64,000 nt of DNA, taken from assembly GCA_963664705.1 (NCBI GenBank), contig OY761556.1, forward strand, positions 3,104,001 to 3,168,000. The letters run 5' to 3'. The DNA is from Acidobacteriota bacterium. Its GTDB lineage: Bacteria; Acidobacteriota; UBA6911. Position numbers and translations under genes: made by a program. Below, one piece after another: positions 51,122 through 61,200 of this stretch; within the stretch, counting starts at the first letter, position 1, and every line of letters begins with the position of its first letter. The notes below the pieces were generated by a model. That model saw only the letters and a program-made list of their open reading frames with translations. It was not told the DNA's origin and did no database searches.

Positions 51122-53806
51122 TTAGCCGGCAAGAGGATGAAGCGGATCAAGCTTATCCGGATCAATTCCAAGTTCTCTGATAGCGCTGCCCACTTCCGAT
51201 GCAGAAAGCTGGCCATCCTGAAATAGGGCGTGCATGGCTGCAACGGCAATACTCTCCGCATCCACTTCAAAGAAACGGCGCAGTGCTTCGCGCGTGTCGC
51301 TGCGACCGAACCCATCCGTGCCCAGCACGACATAGCGTTGGTCCACCCATGGTCGGATGAAATCCGGAAGTGTCTTCACAAAATCGGTCGCCGCAATGAT
51401 CGGGCCGGAGACACCTTCCAATACCTGCCGGATGTACGGAACCGATGGCTGCGATTCTGGATGAAGCCGGTTCCATCGATCCGCACAGAGGGCCTCGTCG
51501 CGCAGCTGCTGATAGCTTGTCGCGCTCCAGACATCCGCAGAGATCTGGAATTTTTGCGCCAGCAATTCCTGCGCCTGAAGAACGCATTTCATAATGGAAC
51601 CGCTGCCAAAGAGCTGCACGTGATGGTTCAGCTTCTGCGGCGCCGGGCGAAACAGATATAGCCCTTTGATGATCCCTTCCTCGACCCCATCGGGCATAGG
51701 CGGATGATAAATATTTTCGTTATATACCGTGAGGTAGTAAAAAACATCCTCCCCCTTCTGATACATCCGGACAAGGCCGCTTTTTACGATCATGGCAACC
51801 TCGTAGGCAAAAGCCGGATCATAGGAAACGATATTGGGAATTACCGATGCAAGTACCTGGCTGTGGCCATCCTCGTGCTGCAACCCTTCGCCATTCAAAG
51901 TGGTACGTCCCGCTGTGGCGCCAATAGCGAATCCGCGTCCTCGAGCGTCGCCGAATGCCCAGAACAGATCTCCGGTTCTTTGAAATCCGAACATCGAATA
52001 AAAGAGGTAGATAGGAATCATGTACTCGCCGTGCGTGGCATAGCTCGTTCCCGCGGATGTAAAGCTGGCGGCACTGCCGGCTTCCGTGATGCCCTCTTCA
52101 AGGATTTGCCCTTCCTTCGACTCGTTATAGCTGAGGAGCATTCCGGCATCCACGGACTCATACAACTGCCCCACGGAAGAATAAATGCCAAATTCGTGAA
52201 AGAAGGAATCCATGCCGAACGTGCGAGCTTCATCAGGAATAATGGGTACAATGCGCTTCCCAATTTCCTTGTCACGCATCAACAGCCGCAGCAATCGAAC
52301 AAAAGCCATCGTCGTGGATACTTCACGGCTGCTCCCGGTTCCCGTTTTGAATTCATCATAAAGGTCAGGCTTCGGAATCTGGAGCGGCTTGGCGCGCACC
52401 ACCCGCTTGGGGAGAGACCCTCCAAGAGCATGCCTTCTTTCCCGGAGGTACTCGATCTCCGGACTCTTCGGTCCGGGATGATAATAGGGGGCATCCTCCA
52501 ACTGCCTGTCACTGATCGGCAGCTCCAGCAAATTTCGAAAATCGCGCAACTGATCCAGATTCATCTTCTTCAGTTGATGCGTGACATTCTTGCCCAGGAA
52601 TCCTTCTCCGAGAGCCCAACCCTTTACGGTCTTCGCAAGGATAACGGTAGGCGCCCCCTGATTCTCTGTTGCGAGTTTGTAGGCGGAATATAGTTTCCGA
52701 TAATCATGTCCTCCTCGACGGAGGTTTTGCAGATCCTGATCGCTCAAGTTCTCCACGAGTTTCTTGAGACCGGGCTCGGGACCAAAAAAGTGTTCCCGAA
52801 TATAATCCCCTTTGGCCGTTGCATACTTCTGGTAGGCCCCATCCACGGTTTCATTCATTCTTTCCAACAGCAGGCCCTGTTTGTCTTTGCGCAACAGTTC
52901 ATCCCACGCGCGCCCCCAGATGACCTTGATGACATTCCATCCGGCTCCACGAAAAACCATTTCCAGTTCCTGGATGATTTTGCCATTGCCGCGTACCGGG
53001 CCGTCCAATCGCTGCAGATTGCAGTTGATAACGAAAACGAGATTATCGAGTTTCTCCCGCGAAGCCAAAAACAGCGAACCCAGCGCTTCCGGCTCATCGC
53101 ACTCGCCGTCTCCGAGAAAAGCCCAGACACGCGATTGCTCTGTATTGGCAATGCCTCGCGCCTGCACGAAACGATTGAATCGCGCCTGATAGATGGCGGT
53201 CAGCGGTCCCAGTCCCATCGACACCGTTGGGAATTCCCAGAATTCCGGCATCAGGCGAGGATGTGGATACGAGGAAAGCCCGGCGCCGGGAATTGTTTCC
53301 CTGCGAAAATTATCCATCTGCGATTCCGTGATCCGCCCCTCCAGAAAGGCGCGCGCATAAATGCCCGGCGATGCATGCCCCTGGATAAAAATCTGATCCC
53401 CCGCCGTTCCGTTATCCTTCCCACGGAAAAAATGGTTAAATCCAACATCGTATAATCCCGCCGAAGAAGCATAGGTCGAAATGTGGCCGCCGATTCCGTC
53501 GTAGTGCTTGTTTGCCCGCGTCACCATAACCACGGAATTCCACCGCTCCAGCCTGCGGATCCGCTTCTCCAGCTTTTCATCCCCGGGAAAAACCGCCTCC
53601 TGCTCCGGCGGAATGGTATTGATGTAGGGGGTTTGAACCAGTTCCGGAATGCCCACGTTGAGAGAGCGTGCTTTTTGCAAAAGTGTTCGCACCAGATAAC
53701 CGGCACGGCTCGTTCCTCTGTCACGGACTACCGCTTGGAGCGAATCCTGCCATTCCTGCGTTTCGGCCGGATCACCATCGGGCAATTGCTGATTTAGGAT
53801 AATCAA
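51122..53806 (-). CDS. aceE: Pyruvate dehydrogenase E1, homodimeric type
   Basis: GGHISTYAS, SSYPHP, GDGE, NCNLQRLDGPV, PDEARTFG, EGLQH, GTDGFGRSD. Confidence 0.96.
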   Translation of the reverse strand: MIILNQQLPDGDPAETQEWQDSLQAVVRDRGTSRAGYLVRTLLQKARSLNVGIPELVQTPYINTIPPEQEAVFPGDEKLEKRIRRLERWNSVVMVTRANKHYDGIGGHISTYASSAGLYDVGFNHFFRGKDNGTAGDQIFIQGHASPGIYARAFLEGRITESQMDNFRRETIPGAGLSSYPHPRLMPEFWEFPTVSMGLGPLTAIYQARFNRFVQARGIANTEQSRVWAFLGDGECDEPEALGSLFLASREKLDNLVFVINCNLQRLDGPVRGNGKIIQELEMVFRGAGWNVIKVIWGRAWDELLRKDKQGLLLERMNETVDGAYQKYATAKGDYIREHFFGPEPGLKKLVENLSDQDLQNLRRGGHDYRKLYSAYKLATENQGAPTVILAKTVKGWALGEGFLGKNVTHQLKKMNLDQLRDFRNLLELPISDRQLEDAPYYHPGPKSPEIEYLRERRHALGGSLPKRVVRAKPLQIPKPDLYDEFKTGTGSSREVSTTMAFVRLLRLLMRDKEIGKRIVPIIPDEARTFGMDSFFHEFGIYSSVGQLYESVDAGMLLSYNESKEGQILEEGITEAGSAASFTSAGTSYATHGEYMIPIYLFYSMFGFQRTGDLFWAFGDARGRGFAIGATAGRTTLNGEGLQHEDGHSQVLASVIPNIVSYDPAFAYEVAMIVKSGLVRMYQKGEDVFYYLTVYNENIYHPPMPDGVEEGIIKGLYLFRPAPQKLNHHVQLFGSGSIMKCVLQAQELLAQKFQISADVWSATSYQQLRDEALCADRWNRLHPESQPSVPYIRQVLEGVSGPIIAATDFVKTLPDFIRPWVDQRYVVLGTDGFGRSDTREALRRFFEVDAESIAVAAMHALFQDGQLSASEVGSAIRELGIDPDKLDPLHPLAG

Positions 53807-54090
53807 TTCGTATTCCCCTCCATCATCCCTACTACTGAATTATGTTACCGAATCGGTCTCCGCTCCAGAAATCCATTTTCCCTGCCGGAATGCGCAAACC
53901 CTCAAGTTACATATCGCCCAATAAAGCAAGACTGTTTTCAAAGGAAATAGGAAAAATATTCCGGTTTGACATCCAATTGGAAATCAGGAACCAGATCAGG
54001 GAAATTTTACCCGATTCCCTTAACGGCCATCCCCTGGGGCAATCAGGCAAAACTCTTTTCTTTACAGCATTATACACCATTTTGCGCACC

Positions 54091-54106
54091 TGGCACACCG
54101 ATTGCA
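54091..54106 (+). promoter_or_regulatory. Sigma54 -24/-12 promoter
   Basis: TGGCAC-ACCGA-TTGCA with correct GG/GC spacing, about 80 nt upstream of the OmpA-family gene. Confidence 0.85.
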
Positions 54107-54187
54107 CTTGAAGAGGCTGACAGCACTAAAAGGAGATCTCCTAAATTGGAGACACGTTTTGTACTCAAATAGGAACCAGGAGGATAT

Positions 54188-55267
54188 ATGAGCAGAACCC
54201 AATATCGGCGTTGGACACTTGTACTGTTTACGGCCTTCGCTTTGACGCTTGCTACGGTAAGCTTCGCTCAGGTCGAAGGGAAAGCGGCGCCCAACCAGGC
54301 TCAGACAAACACCCTGCAGGTTGCTGCCGGGCAGAAAATGAATATCGAGGGCGTTGTGTACGGCCAGCAGCAGGACAGTATCATAGTGCGGGCTACCGGT
54401 GGGGGGATATACAATGTCACCTTCTCCGCCAACCCCGAAGTAAAGGAAAAGAAAAGCAACCCATTCCGGTCTGCCCGCAAATATACCAAGGCTGACCTTG
54501 TACCTGGACTACATGTTGAGGTCAAAGGGACGGGCGACAATTCTGGAGGTATCGCGGCCAGGGAAATCCGCCTCACACAGGATGATTTCAAGGTAGCCCA
54601 GACGATTGACACGCGCGTCGTGCCGGTGGAAAACCGATTGTCGGATACGCAGGCACGACTTGGAGAGGCGGAGCAGAACGCACAGCGCTTGTCCGGTCAG
54701 GTTCAGGAAATTTCCATCATCTCCAATGCAGCGCGCACCGGGGCGAAAACCGCCCAGGATACGGCGGACAATGCCATGAGCACCGCGACGGATGCCCGAT
54801 CGCGCGCAGACAGTGCCAAGGTTGGCGTCCAGGCCGCCAACGAACGGATAACGTCACTGGATGACTATGCAGTGAAAAACTTGGCAACCGTTCATTTCAA
54901 GGTTGGCAGCTCGAATCTTTCCAAGGAAGACAGGGACGAACTGAGCAAATTTGCCGAGCAAATCAAAGAAGAGCGAGGCTACGTGATTGAAGTGGCCGGA
55001 TTTGCTTCATCGGATGGAGATGTTTCCGTCAACCGCAAGCTCAGCCAGCGACGCGCCGATGCCGTGATTCAATACCTGGCCGAGAACTACTCTATCCCGC
55101 TTCGAAGATTCATCACCCCGATGGGATATGGAGAGAGCCAGCCGGTAGGCGATAATAAAACGCACACCGGCCGTGTGGAAAATCGCCGGGTCGAAGTCCG
55201 GATTCTTGTCAGTAAAGGGCTGACGCCAACCGAAGGCCCAAGCACATCCATCCACGCTTCCAACTAG
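54188..55267 (+). CDS. OmpA C-terminal domain protein with N-terminal beta domain and coiled coil
   Basis: Signal peptide; heptad-rich middle; NRKLSQRRADAV, GYGESQP, NRRVEV. Confidence 0.9.
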   Translation: MSRTQYRRWTLVLFTAFALTLATVSFAQVEGKAAPNQAQTNTLQVAAGQKMNIEGVVYGQQQDSIIVRATGGGIYNVTFSANPEVKEKKSNPFRSARKYTKADLVPGLHVEVKGTGDNSGGIAAREIRLTQDDFKVAQTIDTRVVPVENRLSDTQARLGEAEQNAQRLSGQVQEISIISNAARTGAKTAQDTADNAMSTATDARSRADSAKVGVQAANERITSLDDYAVKNLATVHFKVGSSNLSKEDRDELSKFAEQIKEERGYVIEVAGFASSDGDVSVNRKLSQRRADAVIQYLAENYSIPLRRFITPMGYGESQPVGDNKTHTGRVENRRVEVRILVSKGLTPTEGPSTSIHASN

Positions 55268-55287
55268 CGGCACACTAACAGGCTTTG

Positions 55288-55333
55288 AAGCCCTGGAGTC
55301 TCCCGGACTTTTGTTCTCGGAGCTCCAGGGCTT
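55288..55333 (+). terminator. Long stem-loop after the OmpA-family gene (terminator or stabilising hairpin)
   Basis: AAGCCCTGGAG/CTCCAGGGCTT 11-bp stem plus inner pairing; weak U-tract. Confidence 0.55.
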
Positions 55334-55347
55334 TGTAGCTGGAATTC

Positions 55348-56316
55348 ATGGAGTGGTCACCCCGCATGCGCGCCTATCCGGCCTTTTCATTGATTCTTGC
55401 CCTTGTCTTGGCATCGATCCCTTTCCTCAAGGGAATGGGGCAGGACACCCAAGGCGCCGCCGTCCAAGCTCCAACCGTCATTCGTGTCAGCACCAATCTT
55501 GTCATGGTTCCCGTCTCGGTTACCGACGCATCGGGGCGCACGATTGCCAATCTCGGCAAAGACGATTTTCAGATCGAGGAGGATGGAGTTATCGAAAGCA
55601 TTTCCAGGATAGCGGAAGCCGGACAATCGCCGCTGCAACTGGCTCTGCTTTTCGATGTATCTGGAAGTGTGAACAAGCGGTTTGATTTCGAGCAGCAGGC
55701 TGCGACCCGGTTCCTTCAAAAGATATGGAAACCAGGGGATGCCATCACCATAGTCTCGTTCAGCGAAGAACCGCACATCGGCATCCGCAATTCCAGATCG
55801 CTGACCGATGCGCTTCAGGACCTTCAGGGACTGCAGCCCACCGAGAGCGTGACCGCCCTGTACGACTCCGTAGTGGCGTCAGCCCGACTTCTGAAATCCT
55901 ATGCAACCTCCGAAAGTCGTCAGGCGGAGATTGTGATATCGGATGGAGAAGATAACCGAAGCGAAGCTTCCATGAAGGACGCGCTCCGGGAAATACAGCG
56001 CTGCGATACAATCTTTTACTCGATCAACCCGGGAGGCAATTCGATCCGGCTTAACGATATCAGCATCCGTGGACAGAAGGATCTTGTCCTGCTTGCGCGC
56101 GAAACCGGCGGAACCGCCTTCGTCTCCGACCGAGCCAGCGATTTGGATGAAATATTCGGGAGAATTGCCAACGAACTGCGGGCACAGTATCTTCTCGGCT
56201 ACTATTCCTCCAATCCGCGACTGGATGGACAATTCAGGCAGATTGCCGTCTCTATTCCGAAAAAGCCGGACCTCCGCGTCCGCTCACGACAGGGTTATTA
56301 CGCCGCCCGGAAATAA
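55348..56316 (+). CDS. VWA domain protein (acidobacterial VWFA-related type)
   Basis: VSTNLVMVPVSVTD, DVSGS MIDAS, TALYD, ISDGED, ETGG, LRAQY.LGY, VRSRQGYY; start may be 55366. Confidence 0.9.
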   Translation: MEWSPRMRAYPAFSLILALVLASIPFLKGMGQDTQGAAVQAPTVIRVSTNLVMVPVSVTDASGRTIANLGKDDFQIEEDGVIESISRIAEAGQSPLQLALLFDVSGSVNKRFDFEQQAATRFLQKIWKPGDAITIVSFSEEPHIGIRNSRSLTDALQDLQGLQPTESVTALYDSVVASARLLKSYATSESRQAEIVISDGEDNRSEASMKDALREIQRCDTIFYSINPGGNSIRLNDISIRGQKDLVLLARETGGTAFVSDRASDLDEIFGRIANELRAQYLLGYYSSNPRLDGQFRQIAVSIPKKPDLRVRSRQGYYAARK

Positions 56317-56426
56317 TCTGCTCCTTCCGATCCAAACCAGTAAATCCAAGCATCTTTCTGTACTACCGGCAGTTTCGACATTTTATTTTGTTGAGCTTTT
56401 GCGGTTGCAAGCTACTATGGAAAGTT

Positions 56427-57152
56427 ATGTTCGGAAAACGATTTAAGACGGCGTTCATACTGGGAGCGGGGCTCGGGACCCGCCTCCGTCCCTTGACTGA
56501 GACGTGCCCGAAACCGCTTCTACCTCTCGGCGGTCGTCCCGTCATCACCTATGCGATGGATCACTTGCGGAGCGTCGGAATCGAGCGATTTATCATCAAC
56601 ACGCATCACCACGCAGAGGTATATTCGCAGCACTTCCCGGATGGTCAGTGGGAGGGAATCCCGATCATTTTTCGGCATGAGCCGGTATTGCTGGATACGG
56701 CCGGAGGGCTCAAGAATATCGAAGATCTGCTGGCCGAAGACGAAACGATCCTCTGCTATAACGGAGATATCCTGGCCGATTTTTCGCTGTCGAAATTGTT
56801 GAATCGCCACCAACACGGCAATCCTGAAGCCACCATGGTGCTGCGAAGCGATGGTTCATTGAAGAACGTCAATATCGACGAACAAGGCCGGATCTGTGAT
56901 ATCCGGAATACGCTGATGCAGCCGGGTGTTCAAAGCTGCCTCTTTGCAGGCATCTATGCAGTCGAAACGTCCCTGCTGCGGCACATTGAAAAAGGAAGGA
57001 TTGAAAGCATCGTCTCAACCTTTATCGATCGTATCCGGGAAAAACCGGGCAGTATTGCCGGCGTCCTTATCGATGAGGGAGATTGGCACGATATCGGCTC
57101 GATCGACGAATACCAGCTTCTAAGCAAAAAAATGACGGATCGGAAGGAGTAG
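56427..57152 (+). CDS. Sugar-phosphate nucleotidyltransferase (MurU-like)
   Basis: LGAGLGTRLRPLT...PKPL, LDTAGG, NGD, WHDIG; adjacent to an AmgK-like kinase. Confidence 0.85.
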   Translation: MFGKRFKTAFILGAGLGTRLRPLTETCPKPLLPLGGRPVITYAMDHLRSVGIERFIINTHHHAEVYSQHFPDGQWEGIPIIFRHEPVLLDTAGGLKNIEDLLAEDETILCYNGDILADFSLSKLLNRHQHGNPEATMVLRSDGSLKNVNIDEQGRICDIRNTLMQPGVQSCLFAGIYAVETSLLRHIEKGRIESIVSTFIDRIREKPGSIAGVLIDEGDWHDIGSIDEYQLLSKKMTDRKE

Positions 57153-57157
57153 TCAGG

Positions 57158-58180
57158 ATGCAGGAGAAATTGGTCCGCTTTATACAGGAAGCCCTGGATG
57201 TTGCAGATGAATCTCGTTTCAAAATTATTCCATTTGAAGGGCGGGGATCCGATCGGGCCTATTTTCGAGTCCTTTGGGATCATCAATCTGCCATCCTTGT
57301 CCACTACCAGCCGAGCCGGACTGAAAATACCTATTTCGCCGATATAGCCCTTTTTCTTGCCAAACAAGGCATCCCCGTTCCCGAATTGCTAAAGCATGAT
57401 CCTGCAAAATGCCTCATTCTGATGAATGACTTGGGGGATGTAGACCTTTGGGCGCTTCGAAATGAACCCTGGCCTGTGCGAAAGACTCTGTACGAAAAAG
57501 CGTTGAGGGTTGCACACAGGCTTCATTCCCTGGCCGAAAAACAATTCCCCGCCGATCGGATACCTCTCGCCGAGGCTTTTGGCCCCGGATTGTATCGATG
57601 GGAACGCGGCTATTTCAGGGATAATTTCGTGGAAACCCTGTGTGGGCTGAAGCTCGGGCCAGACATGAGCCTTCGTCTGGAAGAAGAACTGTCCGGATTG
57701 GCTGAACGACTATCCTCGCGCAGACGATGCCTTGTCCACCGCGATCTGCAGTCGCAAAATGTAATGGTACACCGCGATCAGACTTACCTTATAGATTTTC
57801 AGGGGATGCGTTTTGGAACCTGCTTCTATGATTTGGGGTCCATTTTATGTGACCCGTATGTGGGCTTCGCCGCGCACGAACGGGAGGAATTGCTCGCTTT
57901 CTATTATGGGCTATCGGAGCAGGAGATTAGCTGGAGTGAATTTCAAATTGCCTTTTGGGAAGCTTCAGCGCAACGTCTGATGCAGGCACTGGGCGCCTAT
58001 GGTTTTCTGGGCACAAAGCGCGGATTAACCGGCTACCTGCGCCATGTCTCGCCCGGGATTCGAAATCTACACACGGCTGCCGAGAATGCAGCTTCTCTGC
58101 CTGCTCTTTTGGAAGTATGCATGCAATGCGAAAACACGGGAATTCCAAATTCCAGATTTCAAATTTCTGATCAGACCTAA
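57158..58180 (+). CDS. APH-family phosphotransferase (AmgK-like anomeric sugar kinase)
   Basis: GSDRAYFR, DLGD, HRDLQSQN, IDFQG, YDLGS, QRLMQALG. Confidence 0.85.
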   Translation: MQEKLVRFIQEALDVADESRFKIIPFEGRGSDRAYFRVLWDHQSAILVHYQPSRTENTYFADIALFLAKQGIPVPELLKHDPAKCLILMNDLGDVDLWALRNEPWPVRKTLYEKALRVAHRLHSLAEKQFPADRIPLAEAFGPGLYRWERGYFRDNFVETLCGLKLGPDMSLRLEEELSGLAERLSSRRRCLVHRDLQSQNVMVHRDQTYLIDFQGMRFGTCFYDLGSILCDPYVGFAAHEREELLAFYYGLSEQEISWSEFQIAFWEASAQRLMQALGAYGFLGTKRGLTGYLRHVSPGIRNLHTAAENAASLPALLEVCMQCENTGIPNSRFQISDQT

Positions 58181-58223
58181 CCCCATCTTTCGGGGATCTG
58201 AGATACGGAGTTTGAAAACTGAA
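58141..58223. repeat. Inverted heptamer element (RATTYCA) overlapping the kinase 3' end
   Basis: AATTCCA AATTCCA GATTTCA AATTTCT ... ATCTGAG ATACGGA GTTTGAA AACTGAA. Confidence 0.75.
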
Positions 58224-58228
58224 GGAGT

Positions 58229-61200
58229 ATGCTGATGATCACCCGACGGTCCTGGCTCATTGTTGCGGTTGTCCTTTGCAGCTTCAGTCTCTCCTTGCTG
58301 GCTCAACAGCAGGCGCGCATTCAGGAATTCACTCCTCAAGGAACGGTTCGGACTATTCGCCAGGTGCGGGTACGGTTTTCCGAAGCAATGGTGGCTTTCG
58401 GAGACCCGCATGCCGCTTCATCGCCATTCAGCATAAGCTGCGATGAAAAGGGGGCAGGCCGATGGGCTGATTCTACAAACTGGGCCTATGATTTTGAGAG
58501 GGACCTGCCTGCGGGCATCCGTTGCGAATTCACAGTCCGGGATGATCTGAAAAGCCTGAACGGCAATGCCATCACCGGCCAGCGGCGCTTCCAGCTTTCA
58601 ACCGGAGGTCCCGCAATCCTCCGAACCACTCCCTACCAGGGCTCCGAATCCATCAGCGATGATCAGATCTTCATCCTCGAGCTCAATGGCCCCGCCGTAG
58701 AGTCCTCTGTCTTGTCTCACGTGTCCTTTACGGTTCAGGGTATTTCGGAAAAGGTAGGAATTCGCATCGTATCCGGACCACAGCGAGAGGAGATTATCAA
58801 TTCTCGCTATCCCGCGCGCTATTACGAGAAACGACCGGGCAATCTTCTGCTGATTCAGTCAAAGCAGCGATTCCCTGCCCGATCCCAGGTAAACCTTGTA
58901 TGGGGGGCGGGTGTCGCTTCCCCATCCGGTGTAGTGACCGGCCAGGATCAGGTAATTCCCTATAAAACCCAGGTACCATTCATCGCAACCTTTCATTGCC
59001 AGAGAGAGAACCCGCAATCGCAATGCGTTCCGGTCAGTACCATGCACCTCTCATTCTCGGCACCGGTATCCTGGAAAACCGCAAAAAACGTGATCCTGAA
59101 AGGACCGGCAGGAAAGGTTTGGAAGGCAAAAGCCCAATTCGAAGAAGATGCAGAGGAAGAATCCAAAGAAACTGGTGATCGCACTGTCAATGGCGTAACG
59201 TTCCAGCCTCCCTTTCCGGAGAGCGCAGCTTTCACGATTGAGATTCCCCAGGGCATTGAAGATGATGCGGGGCACAAGCTCACCAATACAGGAAGTTTTC
59301 CCCTGAAGGTGCGAACGGACGAATACCCGCCGCTTGCAAAGTTTGCCGCCGATTTTGGAATTCTCGAGCTGAATGCCGAGCCGGCCCTGCCTGTCACGTT
59401 GAGAAATATCGAATCGGAGTTATCCGGAAAGATTTTTGAGAATACGGGAGGGGCCGACGGCTTCGATCCCGTCGTCCAGGAACCTGGCGCACAAAGGATC
59501 ATCAGCGATCTGAAAGGGAAAGTCCTGAAGATCCCCGCAGACAAAGCAAACCAGATGCTGGGCTGGATCAACAAAGTATCCCAGCGCGGATGGGATGACC
59601 GCGACAAGTCGGTATTTGGCGCAGTAACCGCGCCCAGAACAAAAGCCTTCAAACTGCCCAGGCCTCAGGGTGGCAAGCCCTTTGAGGTCATTGGTATTCC
59701 ACTGAAAGACCCGGGCTTCTATGTGGTTGAGATCGAGAGCGGCATGCTTGGCGCGTCCCTTCTTGGCGCCTCCAAACCAATGTACGTCCCGACAACCGTG
59801 CTGGTCACGAATCTCTCGGTCCACTTCAAGTGGGGTGCCGAATCATCGCTGGTTTGGGTCACAACGCTGGATAAAGCCGAACCGGTCAAGCAGGCTAAAG
59901 TGGAAATCCTTGACTGCGAGGGAAAGCTCCGCGCGCAAGGAACAACGGATGCGAGCGGAATCCTGCGCATTCCTTCCCTTCCAACATCGCGTGAAGTACC
60001 CACCTGCCGCGAAAATCGCTATGCCCGAGAGGGATTGTTGGCAACAGCCCAGTCAAACAATGATATGGCTTTTGTGCACAGCGGCTGGAATGAGGGGATA
60101 GAAAGCTGGCGATACAACCTCCCGACCGAATGGCGCCCGAATCTGCTGGCGGTTCATACGATTCTGGACCGAAGCCTTTTCCGGGCCGGCGAGACCGTGC
60201 ATATGAAACATCTTTTCCGCAAAAAGGTGCTGGCTGGCTTCGCATTGAATCCGGCAGAGCCATTGCCAAAGAAGGCCGTCATCCAGCATCTGGGCACGGA
60301 CCAGAAATATGAATTCCCCCTGAAATGGGATGCCGCAGGAATCTCCGAAAGCACATGGAACATCCCCAAGGATGCCAAACTGGGAACATACCAGATCTAT
60401 TTCCACACTGGCGATGAAGCCAAAACCAATGAGGAAGAAGAATACGATTCTTATGGCGCGGCACCGGTTTCCGGCTATTTCCGGGTGGAGGAATATCGCG
60501 TCCCGCTGACGCGAGCCATCATTCGCCCGCCTTCGGAACCCCTTGTTGTCCCGGCTACGGTTCCAGTGGATCTGACCGTAAGCTATCTCAGCGGCGGGGG
60601 CGCTTCCGGACTGCCCGTTAAGTTCCGCTATGACGTGAAACCCCGCTATATTTCGGGAGTAGAGGGTTTCGAGGACTATCTCTTTTCCAACGGCAACGTG
60701 AAAGAAGGCATCGTTCGCCACGACCTGGAGGAGAGCGAAACTAGTGAACCGGCCTTGAAAAGCATTGACCTGAATCTGGACAAGACAGGATCGGCGCGCA
60801 CAACTATCACGGGGCTTGCGCCGGCCAATATTCCGACGCAGATCCTTGCGGAACTGGAATTCCGGGATCCGAATGGCGAAGTACAGACGGCAGCGTCCTC
60901 CATCCCCGTCTGGCCTGCTTCCCGCATGATCGGAATCCAACCGGATTCCTGGATGCAATCCAAGGGCTCTCTGAAATTTAAGGTGGCCGTTCTGGACTTG
61001 AAGCGCAAACCGGTGGCCAACGCCCCGGTTAGTGTTCTGCTCCTTCAACGCAAATCCTACTCCCACAGGAAACGTCTCGTGGGCGGATTTTATGCCTATG
61101 AAAATTATACGGAGACGAAGAGGATCGGTTCCGTGTGCAATGGGAAGACCGACAGCAAAGGTCTGCTGATCTGCGCATCATCGCAAACCGTTTCGGGAAA

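Noticed and set aside
49370-51226. 618-aa plus-strand ORF
   Set aside because: Antisense shadow of the M16 peptidase gene
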